From a virus (taxonomy: Duplodnaviria > Caudoviricetes), in the IMG/VR virus record IMGVR_UViG_2902759955_000002, positions 64,001 to 128,000 of that record: a stretch of 64,000 bases of DNA; one strand, written 5' to 3'. Below the pieces are notes generated by a model. That model was given only the letters and a program-made list of their open reading frames with translations. It had not been told where the DNA came from and did not search any database. Numbering within the stretch: the stretch's first letter is position 1; the number at the start of each line of letters is the position of its first letter. The position numbers were made by a program, and so were the translations under genes. Positions 18,601 through 26,997 of this stretch are shown here, piece after piece.

Positions 18601-19777
18601 GCGTGTGTTTGGCAAGAAGCATTTCCCGTCCCTGCAGGCCGCGCAAGCTGCCGTGCAGTCGGGTCCGGAGGCGATCGCCGATGCAGCGTATGGCGGTCGT
18701 ATGGGTAACACCGATCCGGACGATGGGTACAAGTATCGCGGCCGTGGCGTGGTGCAGCTCACCGGCAAAGACAACTACGCCCATTTCGGGAAGCTGATTG
18801 GCGTCGACCTCGTGAACCATCCGGATCTGGCTGCAGAGCCGGAGACGGCGGCAAAGCTCGCGGTCGCCTACTGGCAACAGCGGGTGAAGGGTGCGGGCAA
18901 GAGCGGTGACGTGCGCGCTGCAACGCTTGCGATCAATGGGGGCTTGAATGGCCTCAGCAGTCGTGAGCAACTCTACCAGCAATACCTGCAGCAGGCACAG
19001 GCAGGCAAGCTGGCACCGTCAGGCACACCGGCAGCAGCAGGTGGAAAGGATGGTGCAGCGGGAGCCGGTGGCGCCGCTGCGGGTACGGATGCGAAAGCTG
19101 GGGCAGGTGGTGGTGGCGCAGGTGCAAGCGCGACGACTGCGGCCGCCGCTGGCGCATCAGGTTCCGGCGGTGCGTCTACAGGTCCGGCAGGATCGGGAGC
19201 CTCACCCGCATTGCCGGATGCTGTGGCCCAGAGCAGTCAGGCCGCGAACCAGAAAGCACAGTCTGAGTATGACGCAGGAAGTGCCTCTGACAAGGCTGCG
19301 ATCCAGAACGTGGTGGGGCATCCGATGGCACCGTCTGTCGGGGCATCTTCGCCACCCACGTCTGCTGCAGCCGGGTCCGCTGCGACCACCGCGGCTACGC
19401 CCGCCGCTCCGAGTGTCGCATCGGTGACACCGGCGGCGTCTCCGGCCGTTCAGGATTCGCCGTTCGGTTTTGGGGCGTCGTCGGCCCAGCCGCTCGTGAC
19501 CAGCGCGCGTAGCGTGACCGCGGTACAGCAGGCCCAGCACCAGGAAAAGATGGGGGCAATGGGTGATGTGAGTGACATCCTGAACAAGGGTCTCAAGATC
19601 AATTCCGATCAGCTCGACACGCTCAAGGCCATCCTGACTGCAGTGCAAACCATGGCGAGTACAGCTCAGCAGGGCAACGCAGCGAATGCGCCCCCTGCAT
19701 CACAGCCTGCCAGTAATCCGCGTGGTGCCCGGCAGATGATGCCGGCGTCACCGGTCTCCATGCGCAAGCAAGCGTAA
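12680..19777 (+). CDS. gp181-like tail protein with C-terminal GH19 (chitinase-like) peptidoglycan hydrolase
   Basis: About 2365 aa, divergent from beta' as in phiKZ; AQMDHESGGF...ENLHY...YRGRGVVQLTGKDNY...INGGLNG GH19 signature; internal repeats. Confidence 0.85.
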   Translation: MAKKKRLKSTDEFGFDTELDLPDFDYQSKPPKNDRHPAVSAAKDFTKGTVTGIWDATRSESFIKKTIKGALPSGYGSAMELADEATASIRSLYNSGANEIKPALNEMKRATAKLLPSASKILPAKMQQRIKAWTETANSGSTGISEEAMRHASTQAMLGDVFAYQAQTAAQERAEDKAEADIQKNIDHNRANTQITQLSAMRIALQRLADYQDKVTVNFQRKTLELQYRQYFVAMDALSEAKRQNAQTTQLLQSIQKNTGLPDLLKIKAREDWPIILRNKFMGNVGGMVLSQRSQFMRNLTGHLQRQMKSSLSGIVGGAQMAMGMGDMVGGMADMGGPSGAEMGGNMVGGMVADGLAPRFGKWIGKHVKNSKYAGDVNRIGNLLQFYAGNAPQHAMEFAHSDKWDDAPVVGGMLRWLKDQAIASNGVQTGFHVDNLRNLQDPAPFNGLARKSLTEIIPGYLARIYRELQIMRTGDSSVELTHYDHAKNTFGKKSEVTARALHSVVRPGDAAFVQERAHGLVDELEKGSKRKLTAEQRKVLIRRMMSDNLNNRVGSAKRYSDIWEYQGADAEHGDALSGLFRDYFSDDTDNKKQMAFQARFAHLGSGMADSRAHMQDMLNSGQGQILVKAGLIRPNGTLDLQKLQDYYLGESFAPQGKVASGRRRRRGRSGHPFGNFARPNPSASGVAAAATPAPQPAAPAAAAASPHANASSAELTQMAQDNVMKKHGPVYEKDVGRWLRLVEGEFHRLNTGAVGEDLHGSAAHDVNHFLGNKWGRSIDGGPNQAQGRGDFAGVIAAIKQSSSKTISEKIHATLVAIQKKITSGVAVSGHAPAGDGVPPPDAKSGKARKAWLDYNLGDIFGGVTGKVRSGVAGAWDWMKKPSPLMQRARGMIGNGLGALGTGGKKALEFAKGFDDIYVGKNPEPVLLAWKLKAGHYRDKATGQVIKSYKDIKGDVVDAWDPEKVILKADEIGDAFTKSKAGLRSLKALGSVWRGAKGLLDAATGGITSLVPRIIRTGARAIRAGMNIMDAPQDIYVKGNPDPVLLAIMMRSGAYVSQRTGHKITRPGLIDGPVMDVSDPGKPVVALSKEMIGKGLVDVNGKPIRSPLMKLLSAATVPIGMAWKALKGGLNIAKGAISKPFELIGNWVSKWIGKDGLVFAGSKTMTERLTEIRDLLKSRLPERKQRLKGDETGDGFVTNSWEEMQHKGEIGGTEPKAAAAAKKGGGIAALLAKLKGGGTDKTKGSGNLLTRGMDAAEGAVGSFLGTKVGKAGRAAWGGLKRFGGRLLGRGASAVGETGIEAAAGEAAGAGATLAEGAGAVAGIGEAAAVGGGVLAAGAGGLAALIASPVVLGAAAVGLVGYGLYRSVKGIKNFFAGKPGPLATVRMAQYGFLPDDNDSLDVLVDLEKTLLPAVTYGKDGAQINAQKVKLADVLKGFDIDQSSKTEVQNWLTWFQGRFKPVFLTHMTALHGVNSGVALTDVDKKLTKEEKQKYLKAASWPNGPYNNRTSPFHNSLLLLHSAKTLKATGADVRQFVAEAEAIIAKEPDTAKKTGQTGSDVAKKAAAAGAAGAAVGAAVGAAADGKPGGKGAAKPGEKSSGFWAMLGIGTANAAEPKTSAQNVLGKKPTATMPIDPSLKKEPDRLDLLASIRYRTYGLTSLDADKVAALKALEVETLKALKIEKGAPSHVAFLSDSATILAKMGSKFGVIGVNNTLGYQWQAWFNLRFLPTYMNYVGASNTLTGHNDAVSMLLTPETAVQLGRIVAGTKSPNGKSAWEITASPWNHYDLSTDATSVKPALDALAAKGKKKVLADPAGPAKPKDSATPSKTDQPSFLSKAGKVISDAAGAVGNAVKKAATWAGNEVKTGVNYVQNTQTYKAASKAVKQGVQAVQKTQAYKTAAKAVKTGVAAAKSAGKWVEKTYSASAQAVKNALLKAMAAAGIKTPQEQAMLMAQMDHESGGFKSLTENLHYSAANLVRVFGKKHFPSLQAAQAAVQSGPEAIADAAYGGRMGNTDPDDGYKYRGRGVVQLTGKDNYAHFGKLIGVDLVNHPDLAAEPETAAKLAVAYWQQRVKGAGKSGDVRAATLAINGGLNGLSSREQLYQQYLQQAQAGKLAPSGTPAAAGGKDGAAGAGGAAAGTDAKAGAGGGGAGASATTAAAAGASGSGGASTGPAGSGASPALPDAVAQSSQAANQKAQSEYDAGSASDKAAIQNVVGHPMAPSVGASSPPTSAAAGSAATTAATPAAPSVASVTPAASPAVQDSPFGFGASSAQPLVTSARSVTAVQQAQHQEKMGAMGDVSDILNKGLKINSDQLDTLKAILTAVQTMASTAQQGNAANAPPASQPASNPRGARQMMPASPVSMRKQA

Positions 19778-19794
19778 ATCCTGTAGTCCTTAGA

Positions 19795-19831
19795 GCGAGA
19801 AGCGGACTTAGCGGTCTGCTTCTCGCTTTTT
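19795..19831 (+). terminator. intrinsic terminator
   Basis: GCGAGAAGCGGAC/GTCTGCTTCTCGC followed by TTTTT. Confidence 0.7.
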
Positions 19832-19856
19832 ATTTCGCCCCTATGGGAGTCGACGC

Positions 19857-21947
19857 ATGGCTTCGAGCACGACCGATACAACGATTACCGACACCGGCTG
19901 GGTCCGGCAGTCATTCCTGGTGAAGTCCACGGACCTCGCCACAATCGACCAGACCAATCGTTTCTTTACCACCGCAAGTCTGAAGTACACCGACACCACC
20001 CCGGGTGGCAACATCCCGATCAACCCCCCGGCACAATGGACGCGCTATGCCGACCCGAAAGCCGCTAGCCGCAAAAGCGGCGGCAAGGGCATGGGGATTT
20101 CCTACTCCGAGATGATCGACGATCATTCGCAAGTAATCCACATGCGCTTTGGCGTGCCGGAGTTCAATACGCTTTCATACTTCCTCTCGAACTTTTACAA
20201 CAGCGGAGCTGGTCAGCTGGCGCGGACCGGTCGTGCAGAGGGTGCGTTCTATCAGCTCGGACGTGCCGCCGGTTATGTTGCCGCCCTGATGAGCTGGAAG
20301 GTGTTGGCGTTTCATATCGCAGCGGTCGCAGCGACATTCTTCGCAAATAAGCCGAACAGTCGCTTCTATTATCTGAAGCCGAGTATGCCAACCTACTGGC
20401 AAACGGTGCAGACGATCGTCAACCAGATCGCGGTCAATAAGGGCATCATTCCGCGCGTGGGTGATCCGAACGTGCAAACGACCATCGGTGACAACTATCA
20501 GTTTAGCTCCGATGGCCTCACACAGCTCAATGCTCTACTGCCCGATATCTTCTTTGCTGGCGGCGGTATCGATGTCTATTCACTGGCGAACCGCGCCAAG
20601 CGACTCGAACGTCAACAGCATCAGAACAACATCGCCGCACTCGACACCGGAAGCGTCACGCTCTCGTCAGCGCTGCAGTCACTCTACGGTCCGTCGAGCC
20701 TGCTCGTCGACCAACCAAAACGAAACTTCCTGCAGTACCTCGATCTGTGGAACGGCACAGCGCCGGCGGCTCCGCAGTCAGCGGCCAGCGGTTCTGACAG
20801 CACCACTGGCGTCGCTTCGGCAGACTCGTCCACCGAACAGACAGCGACCAAAACGTCTCAAACAACGGGCTTCTTTGATTTCTTGGAAGCGGAGCTGGAT
20901 GATGGCTCGGCATTTGTGAGTTTCCGGGTGAATTCCACGGGACCGGTGACGGATACGTTCAGTAGCGATACGGCGGACTCGGAACTGCAGCAGAAGATCA
21001 ACAGCATGTCGAGCCAGAATCGCAGCACGCGATTCGACATCGAAGGCGGCAACCTCGCTGGTGGGGTAATCGGGTCGATTCTCGGCGGTGCGGCTTCGGC
21101 GGTGACCGACTTCGTTTCTGGCGCTGCGGATTCGCTAGGGGTTTCGGGCTTGGCGGCCTTAGGCGGCTCGGCCTTTGTCGACATTCCGAAACATTGGTCG
21201 TCGTCGACCGCCAACCTTGCGCGCAGCACGTACACCATCAATCTGGTTAGCCCCTACGGCAATCCCGTGTCGCAGTTGCTGAACCTGTACGTCCCGCTTG
21301 CGATGTTGATTGCGGGAGCCTTGCCGCTGGCCACCGGTCCGCAGTCGTGGACCAGTCCCTTTCTCTGCGAGCTGTATGATCGGGGCCGTTGTCAGATTCG
21401 TCTGGGCATCATCGACAGCTTCTCGATCACGCGCGGTACCGGCAACCTCGGTTTCGATCACGAAGGGAACGCCATGGGGATCGATGTAAGCTTCAGTGTC
21501 GTGGATTTGTCCGCGATGGTGTATCTGCCGATCACGCAAGGGCTCACCCAAGCGACATCCAAAACATTGGCGGAGCTGGGCTTTGTTGGTGGCGCAGTTC
21601 TGGGGACAGTTGCTGCCGGGCCAGTGGGTGGCGCCGCTGCCGCTGCAGCGGCAGGGACGGCAGGTGCTGTTCTTGGCGCGGGCGTCGATGCCGCAGGGAA
21701 TGTGGTGAAGACGCTCGGCGGTATCTTTGACGGGGACAACTCATTCACGGACTACATGGCCGTACTGGGGAGTCTGGGACTGGCAGATCAGATCTACATG
21801 TTCAAGCGTCTCAAACTGAACCTGACCATGCAGATGGCGCAGTGGAAGAGCTGGCTCACCCCGTCGCACTTTGCGAGCTTCGCAGGGGAATTGCTCCCGG
21901 CCCGGATGGTGGGACTGTTCTTCAAGGGTGTGGATTCATCGATCTAG
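19857..21947 (+). CDS. virion structural protein (gp182-like, tail/baseplate)
   Basis: 696 aa following the gp181-like gene; IHMRFGVPEFN, YYLKPSMPTYW, SPYGNP motifs. Confidence 0.75.
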   Translation: MASSTTDTTITDTGWVRQSFLVKSTDLATIDQTNRFFTTASLKYTDTTPGGNIPINPPAQWTRYADPKAASRKSGGKGMGISYSEMIDDHSQVIHMRFGVPEFNTLSYFLSNFYNSGAGQLARTGRAEGAFYQLGRAAGYVAALMSWKVLAFHIAAVAATFFANKPNSRFYYLKPSMPTYWQTVQTIVNQIAVNKGIIPRVGDPNVQTTIGDNYQFSSDGLTQLNALLPDIFFAGGGIDVYSLANRAKRLERQQHQNNIAALDTGSVTLSSALQSLYGPSSLLVDQPKRNFLQYLDLWNGTAPAAPQSAASGSDSTTGVASADSSTEQTATKTSQTTGFFDFLEAELDDGSAFVSFRVNSTGPVTDTFSSDTADSELQQKINSMSSQNRSTRFDIEGGNLAGGVIGSILGGAASAVTDFVSGAADSLGVSGLAALGGSAFVDIPKHWSSSTANLARSTYTINLVSPYGNPVSQLLNLYVPLAMLIAGALPLATGPQSWTSPFLCELYDRGRCQIRLGIIDSFSITRGTGNLGFDHEGNAMGIDVSFSVVDLSAMVYLPITQGLTQATSKTLAELGFVGGAVLGTVAAGPVGGAAAAAAAGTAGAVLGAGVDAAGNVVKTLGGIFDGDNSFTDYMAVLGSLGLADQIYMFKRLKLNLTMQMAQWKSWLTPSHFASFAGELLPARMVGLFFKGVDSSI

Positions 21948-21952
21948 GCAGA

Positions 21953-22001
21953 CGGCATAGAAGCCTGAGAGGACGCGCTGTCCTCTCAGGCCTTTATGAC
22001 C
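21953..22001. terminator. bidirectional CATA-hairpin-TATG element
   Basis: CGGCATA..GCCTGAGAGGAC/GTCCTCTCAGGC..TATGACC at a convergent junction. Confidence 0.7.
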
Positions 22002-22003
22002 TT

Positions 22004-23302
22004 TTACAGGGCTTCGGCGAAGCTGATCATGGTACTGGTCTGGGTAGATGCATCGGCCGAGTTCTCGTCGATATACGTGCCAGGCGTAGGCTGGTCTCCC
22101 ACACGATCGTGTTGCTTCGCGGTGGAGGTGGTGGTCGTGGTCGCAACGGCCGTGATCTGCGAGGTGCTCGTCGCTGCGCTCACGGCGCTCGCGGAACTCA
22201 GCTGATCCGGCTCCACATACTTGGGTGTCATGCGAAGCGCGGGATCGATATAGGCGTTCGGGTAGAAGGCCTTCAGATCCGTGTCGACGTCCGCGACCGG
22301 ATAGACCGCGGCCAGCGCGTAGAGCTGTACGGCGGGATCGGTGCTATTCATCACGCCGGCGGCCAGCACGCTCTTGAAGTCATCCGAGCCATCCTGCAGC
22401 GTGGTGATGTCAGTCGCATTGTCATCCGCTCCGACGCTGGTCCGGGTAGAGACGTTCCAAGTCGGATCTGCTCCCGCGAAGAAGGCGAGGACAGACGCCC
22501 ACGTCGTCGCACCCTGACTGGGGGTTGCCTGCTGCGCATTGCCCGAGGCAGAGCGCGAGTAGCCTGATGTGAAGTCAGACAGGGCGGATGGATTGATCGC
22601 CGAGACGCCGGCACTGCTCGCTTGGGTGACGAGCGCCTGGAGACTGACGAGGTCCCCGGACTTGATCAGCGTGGAGAGTGTCTGGGCAATCACCGAACTC
22701 AGAACGGCGGTGCTCGTGATGTTCGACACCATCGGCGCAAATGCCCCCGAGATGCCGTAAGCGGCGCACTGGTTGATCACCCCGGCCACGATGCCGGCGA
22801 GCGCCTGAGCGTCACTGACCGTGAAGGTCGTGCTGCCGGAGAACGCATTGATGATGGCGCCCAAGCTCTGAACGTCGCTGATGCCCCCATTGGTTATCGT
22901 CGAGACGATACCGTTGACCGCGGTGGTGACATCGCCCACGGTCGTCGCGGCGGCCGTCAGCGCGGTTTGCACCGTCGTGGAGAGGGTGTTGAAAGCCGTG
23001 TTGACCGTACTGGCTGCGGCCGTCGTGGTGGTGACGGCATTCGCTGCGGTCGTGGTGCGGGCGGTGGCGGACGTCGTGCTCGCAAGCGTGTCGCTATTGG
23101 CAACCGTCTCGGTGGTTGGGACAGCCTGGGCAGCCGTGGAGCTGGCGCGCAGCAGACCCACTGCGTCGACATCGAATGCCGCAGCGAGGCTCGCAATCGC
23201 GTTGATCACGACCCCTGCATCACCCGCATAGACGTCGACCGTTTCCAGTGCATCATTCGGTCCGGTCAGGAAGGTGGTTGACGCTAAGGGCGTAACAGCC
23301 AT
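22004..23302 (-). CDS. Thr/Ala-rich putative virion protein
   Basis: Long ORF with GGAG RBS before MAVTPL; Lys/Arg-poor like the other structural proteins. Confidence 0.65.
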   Translation of the reverse strand: MAVTPLASTTFLTGPNDALETVDVYAGDAGVVINAIASLAAAFDVDAVGLLRASSTAAQAVPTTETVANSDTLASTTSATARTTTAANAVTTTTAAASTVNTAFNTLSTTVQTALTAAATTVGDVTTAVNGIVSTITNGGISDVQSLGAIINAFSGSTTFTVSDAQALAGIVAGVINQCAAYGISGAFAPMVSNITSTAVLSSVIAQTLSTLIKSGDLVSLQALVTQASSAGVSAINPSALSDFTSGYSRSASGNAQQATPSQGATTWASVLAFFAGADPTWNVSTRTSVGADDNATDITTLQDGSDDFKSVLAAGVMNSTDPAVQLYALAAVYPVADVDTDLKAFYPNAYIDPALRMTPKYVEPDQLSSASAVSAATSTSQITAVATTTTTSTAKQHDRVGDQPTPGTYIDENSADASTQTSTMISFAEAL

Positions 23303-23320
23303 GGAAGACTCCAAAGAGGC

Positions 23321-23355
23321 AAAAAAAAAAAGAGAGCGCGCGGCTCTCTTTTTTT
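23321..23355. terminator. bidirectional intrinsic terminator
   Basis: A-run, GAGAGC/GCTCTC stem, T-run. Confidence 0.75.
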
Positions 23356-23372
23356 CAGGTGGGGTTAGGCGT

Positions 23373-23930
23373 TTAGACCGGCTTCACGAACAGCGAGACA
23401 ATGGGCTGGATCGGATAGGATTCGCCGCGCTTCACGCATTGACGAACCCGCTCCAGTCCTGCGCAGAGCCACGGCGCCGTTTCCGGAAATACCTGCACCT
23501 GTGCGGGCGTGAGGTAGTAGTACTGGAAGGGCAGCGTCGACTCGCTCATCAGCTGCCGGATATCCGCGTTCTGGATCGCTTTGTGGTAGTTCGCCTCGAT
23601 GATGATCTCGGTGAACCCGTCGCGCCACACCATCTTTCGCGTCTTGGCGTAAGCCTTTGCCCGCGCCCCAACCAGCGTGCGGTAGTTGTCGTCCGGCTCC
23701 TCGGACTTGATGTAGTGCCAGAAGCCCTCCATCGATTTGAAGGGGCCGTAGAAGGGATGGATGAAGGGCGTACGTGCAAAGTGGGCAAGCTTCTGCCCCA
23801 GTTCCGTGGCGCCAGTCATCGAGATGTTGATGTGCGTCTTGCCGTCATCTTGCGGTTCGACATCCGGACGCTTCTCGAGCAGTGCGGGCACCCGTTTCGT
23901 GGCGTTGGTGGTCATGTTTCTGTATTCCAT
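23373..23930 (-). CDS. conserved phage protein, NADAR-like
   Basis: HINI...TELG..LAHFARTPF...FKSMEGFWH pattern resembles the NADAR LSNF...F.SVE motif. Confidence 0.5.
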   Translation of the reverse strand: MEYRNMTTNATKRVPALLEKRPDVEPQDDGKTHINISMTGATELGQKLAHFARTPFIHPFYGPFKSMEGFWHYIKSEEPDDNYRTLVGARAKAYAKTRKMVWRDGFTEIIIEANYHKAIQNADIRQLMSESTLPFQYYYLTPAQVQVFPETAPWLCAGLERVRQCVKRGESYPIQPIVSLFVKPV

Positions 23931-23956
23931 TGATGTTTTCTACCAGCGGCCCTCCC

Positions 23957-24619
23957 TTAGTGATCAGCGCCGGCGTTGACGCGTTCATCAAAGGTCGGCT
24001 CAATGCGGCCGTCCGGGAACGTTCTGGATTCGTAGACGTCAGCCGTCATGCGGACAGGCTGCTTGTGCGGTTGGGGTGACTCGCCTTCGAAGAGATCGGC
24101 CTGGGTGTCCTCGGGATCGATCTCGAAAGGGAACATGTTGCTTTGCGCGAGACTGGTGATGAAGTCGCGCACCTGCTGCAGATCGATATCCTCGTCCTGC
24201 TCGAATTCCACATCGAGCTCTTCGAGAAAGCGGTTGACCATGGCGCGTGAGCCGAAGTCCACCATCGTGCCGTGCGTCGTGATCTTGCCATTGCGGTGTT
24301 TGCACCGGATGGCGAATTCCACTTCCTCGATCTGCAGAAAGCGCAGCCCTTTCATGAAGACCTTCCAGGTCATCTGGGGACGGGCGAATTCTTTGGTGAG
24401 ATTACCGCGGGCGCTTGTCTGATCCCGCCGGGTAGGGGGATAGCCGTTACGGATATCTGTCACGAAGTCGTGCATGAGATTACCGTACCGCGGACCACCG
24501 ATGTTCAGGTCGTACAGCATTTGCCGCCACAGACGGGAAAGTACACCGTTTGCACCGGACGTGTTGCTCACTCCCTTGTCCTTGGACTGGAGGATGCGCG
24601 CGAAAGGGTTGCGTGCCAT
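23957..24619 (-). CDS. conserved jumbo-phage hypothetical protein
   Basis: GVLSRLWR...RGNL.KE...MTWKVFMKGLRFL; AAGGA RBS. Confidence 0.7.
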   Translation of the reverse strand: MARNPFARILQSKDKGVSNTSGANGVLSRLWRQMLYDLNIGGPRYGNLMHDFVTDIRNGYPPTRRDQTSARGNLTKEFARPQMTWKVFMKGLRFLQIEEVEFAIRCKHRNGKITTHGTMVDFGSRAMVNRFLEELDVEFEQDEDIDLQQVRDFITSLAQSNMFPFEIDPEDTQADLFEGESPQPHKQPVRMTADVYESRTFPDGRIEPTFDERVNAGADH

Positions 24620-24685
24620 GTTCGTTGAATTCCTTTGTGATCCTGCTTGTGAGCCTGCTTTGTGCTTGATTATCCACTGCTGTCC

Positions 24686-25228
24686 TTACGTCTCGATTGC
24701 TTCGCTGAGATCGATAAGGGCGACCGCGATTTGCCGCAAGTTGACGAGGAGCTTTGTCAGCATGCGCAAATTGTGTTCGTGAAGACCGAAGTCGGCCGTA
24801 TCACTGGACTGCATGAGCCTACATAAAATCAGGGCGTTTTCCTTGAAGGTGATGAGCTCCTTCGGGACGTCCAGATAGAAGCCGTCATGCGAGGTAAAGA
24901 ACTGGGATAGGGGAACCTGCTGGGTATCGATCGTCGACCATTGGTGGCCGAGTATCGATTCGCGAGCGACCGCCGCCTTGAGCTTCAGCAGCTCCGCGTT
25001 GTAGAGGTCGATCTTGGGAAAAAGGGTTGAGATCGCGCGCCCCGCGCCGTAGCTGTGGCGGTAGTCCTCAAACAGACCGACATCCAGATGGAGCAGGAGG
25101 TTTTCTAGGAGCTTCCGGTTAGGCTGGAAGTTCGACTGCTCTTGCGCTTCGCTACGCAGCGCCTGCGACATCGCACGGTGTTCTTGAATCGTGCGCCGGT
25201 GCTTCCAGCGCGAGAGCCATTGCATCAT
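24686..25228 (-). CDS. hypothetical protein
   Basis: 180-aa ORF with AAGGA RBS. Confidence 0.7.
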   Translation of the reverse strand: MMQWLSRWKHRRTIQEHRAMSQALRSEAQEQSNFQPNRKLLENLLLHLDVGLFEDYRHSYGAGRAISTLFPKIDLYNAELLKLKAAVARESILGHQWSTIDTQQVPLSQFFTSHDGFYLDVPKELITFKENALILCRLMQSSDTADFGLHEHNLRMLTKLLVNLRQIAVALIDLSEAIET

Positions 25229-25270
25229 TGTCTTTTTCCTTGTGTGTAGGACGAATCATGTGCCTGGTGA

Positions 25271-25304
25271 CAGGTAGATGATATGTAGTCCAGATTCTTT
25301 TCAC
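25271..25304 (-). promoter_or_regulatory. putative early (vRNAP) promoter
   Basis: Minus strand AAAAGAATCTGGACTACATATCATCTACCTG, similar to 1869-1900. Confidence 0.5.
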
Positions 25305-25356
25305 TTCAGCCCGCTATTGGGCGTGACACCAACCCGTACCAAAAGGAAACAAGATC

Positions 25357-25593
25357 ATGTCGATCATTCAATCCGCAGAAACCGTCGCTGAATCCATCGT
25401 TGCCAAGATCGAAGCCGAAGGCCACGACGCTGCAGCGTTCCTCGAAGCCATCGTCGCGAAGGTCAAGGCGAAGATCGAAGGCACGGCAGCAACCGATGTG
25501 GCGGACGTCGCCACCGATGTCGAGGACGACGTCGATCCGGCAGCCGACACGCCGGCAGCTCCCGCAGCCAGCACGGACAGCACCGCGTCCTAA
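25357..25593 (+). CDS. small acidic hypothetical protein
   Basis: AAAGGA RBS; internal repeat ESIVAKIEA / EAIVAKVKA. Confidence 0.65.
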   Translation: MSIIQSAETVAESIVAKIEAEGHDAAAFLEAIVAKVKAKIEGTAATDVADVATDVEDDVDPAADTPAAPAASTDSTAS

Positions 25594-25614
25594 ACCGTCT
25601 TATCGCAGGAGAAC

Positions 25615-26118
25615 ATGATGTCCGAGCAGGACTTTGAAAACGAAGAGCTGTACCCGGAGATCACGCCTCCTGCGAAAGCAGCGCCTCAAACCATAGAGGT
25701 AGAGGTGCTGCCTTCGGATGACCACGTCCTCAGCTACACCCAGCGCCAGCGCCAACTCCTCATCACAACCATGATGGGCGAGAAAGGCGAGAAGCTCAGC
25801 GAGCTCGACAAGGGCGAGAAGATGGTGGTGCTCCATGCGCTGGACGGCATGGACCGGCAGGCAATCTCGAAGAAGCGTCTTGATACCGACAAGGAAATCA
25901 GCGCGTCTCAGGCCGAAGTCGCCGGCATCATCGCTCAGGTGCTTGCGGGCACCGTGGGCAGATCACCGGGTGCAGTGGGCGGTCGCAAAGATGTGCCACA
26001 GTTACCGACGAACATCGCCGAGCCGGAGTTCGTGCCCGGCGAGATTTCTGTGGACGCGCCCCAGATGGACGTGGATACGTTCATGGCTCAATCCTATGAC
26101 CAGGGACTGAGCCAGTAA
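25615..26118 (+). CDS. hypothetical protein
   Basis: AGGAG RBS, 167 aa. Confidence 0.75.
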   Translation: MMSEQDFENEELYPEITPPAKAAPQTIEVEVLPSDDHVLSYTQRQRQLLITTMMGEKGEKLSELDKGEKMVVLHALDGMDRQAISKKRLDTDKEISASQAEVAGIIAQVLAGTVGRSPGAVGGRKDVPQLPTNIAEPEFVPGEISVDAPQMDVDTFMAQSYDQGLSQ

Positions 26119-26144
26119 GACTCGCTTTTACGGTGCTCATGACC

Positions 26145-26201
26145 TCCTCCTACTCCCTACCCTGTACAAGAGGGTAGGGAGTAGGAGGTGGCTTTATGCC
26201 G
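26145..26201. terminator. long hairpin + TTTATGCCG element
   Basis: 18-bp stem CCTCCTACTCCCTACCCT/AGGGTAGGGAGTAGGAGG at a convergent junction. Confidence 0.7.
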
Positions 26202-26919
26202 TTGCGTCGTCTTGGGGTTTGATGATGCTGAAGTATTTGATGTCGATCAATTCCAGCCCCACCAGGCCGGAAGCAAGCATTGTCATGGCTGCGAACGGGT
26301 GAGCCGCATCTCTCACGAGGTCCTGCAAAGTCTTCTGATCGGGGCGCTCGCCAAAATACAGCGCCGGCGCGATGAGACTGACGTCAGGCAGGCGTGTCGT
26401 TGCAAAAGCTTGAGCGTGCACTTCCATCCATGCTTGAAAGTCGTACATGAACAGCATCGCGTAGTTTGCTTTGACGTGGGTTGGTGTCAGCGCTTGAGGA
26501 CTAATGGTGACAAGCTCGACGGGTGCAGTGCTCCCGACGTGGACTGCCACGGCTTTACCGATGGCCTCTACCAACTCAGGATTCAACTGGTACGGGTACG
26601 TATTCACAGCGATTTTGACCCCATCGAAATAGGGACGTGTGATCGCCATCTCGCTCAGATTCTGAGCAAGGCCACGCAACATCGTAGACAGCAGAGTCAG
26701 ACCGGAGTGTTGCAGTGTTTCGACATTTCTTTCACGATAAGCTCGCTTGAACTCTTCGGTATCAACTCCCTCGAAGACATCGTGCTCACGCGTGTGGTAA
26801 GCATTCTGAAGCGCGCGAACCGCAGTATCTACCCCCATCTTAGCTAAAGTTCCGAGCCGCGTATCCAGGATACAGTCCAGCTCGACCAGTATGGTCTCAA
26901 TCTTATTTGACGTAGTCAT
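26194..26919 (-). CDS. conserved phiKZ-like hypothetical protein (HAD-like N-terminal motif)
   Basis: ILVELDCILDTRLGTL, VNTYPY motifs. Confidence 0.65.
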   Translation of the reverse strand: MTTSNKIETILVELDCILDTRLGTLAKMGVDTAVRALQNAYHTREHDVFEGVDTEEFKRAYRERNVETLQHSGLTLLSTMLRGLAQNLSEMAITRPYFDGVKIAVNTYPYQLNPELVEAIGKAVAVHVGSTAPVELVTISPQALTPTHVKANYAMLFMYDFQAWMEVHAQAFATTRLPDVSLIAPALYFGERPDQKTLQDLVRDAAHPFAAMTMLASGLVGLELIDIKYFSIIKPQDDATA

Positions 26920-26997
26920 TGCCGCTGTACGACAGATGTTTTTACGCACGGGGCCTCGATGCCCCGTGGCCCTTCAGGTCATTTTCCTACAGTACTG

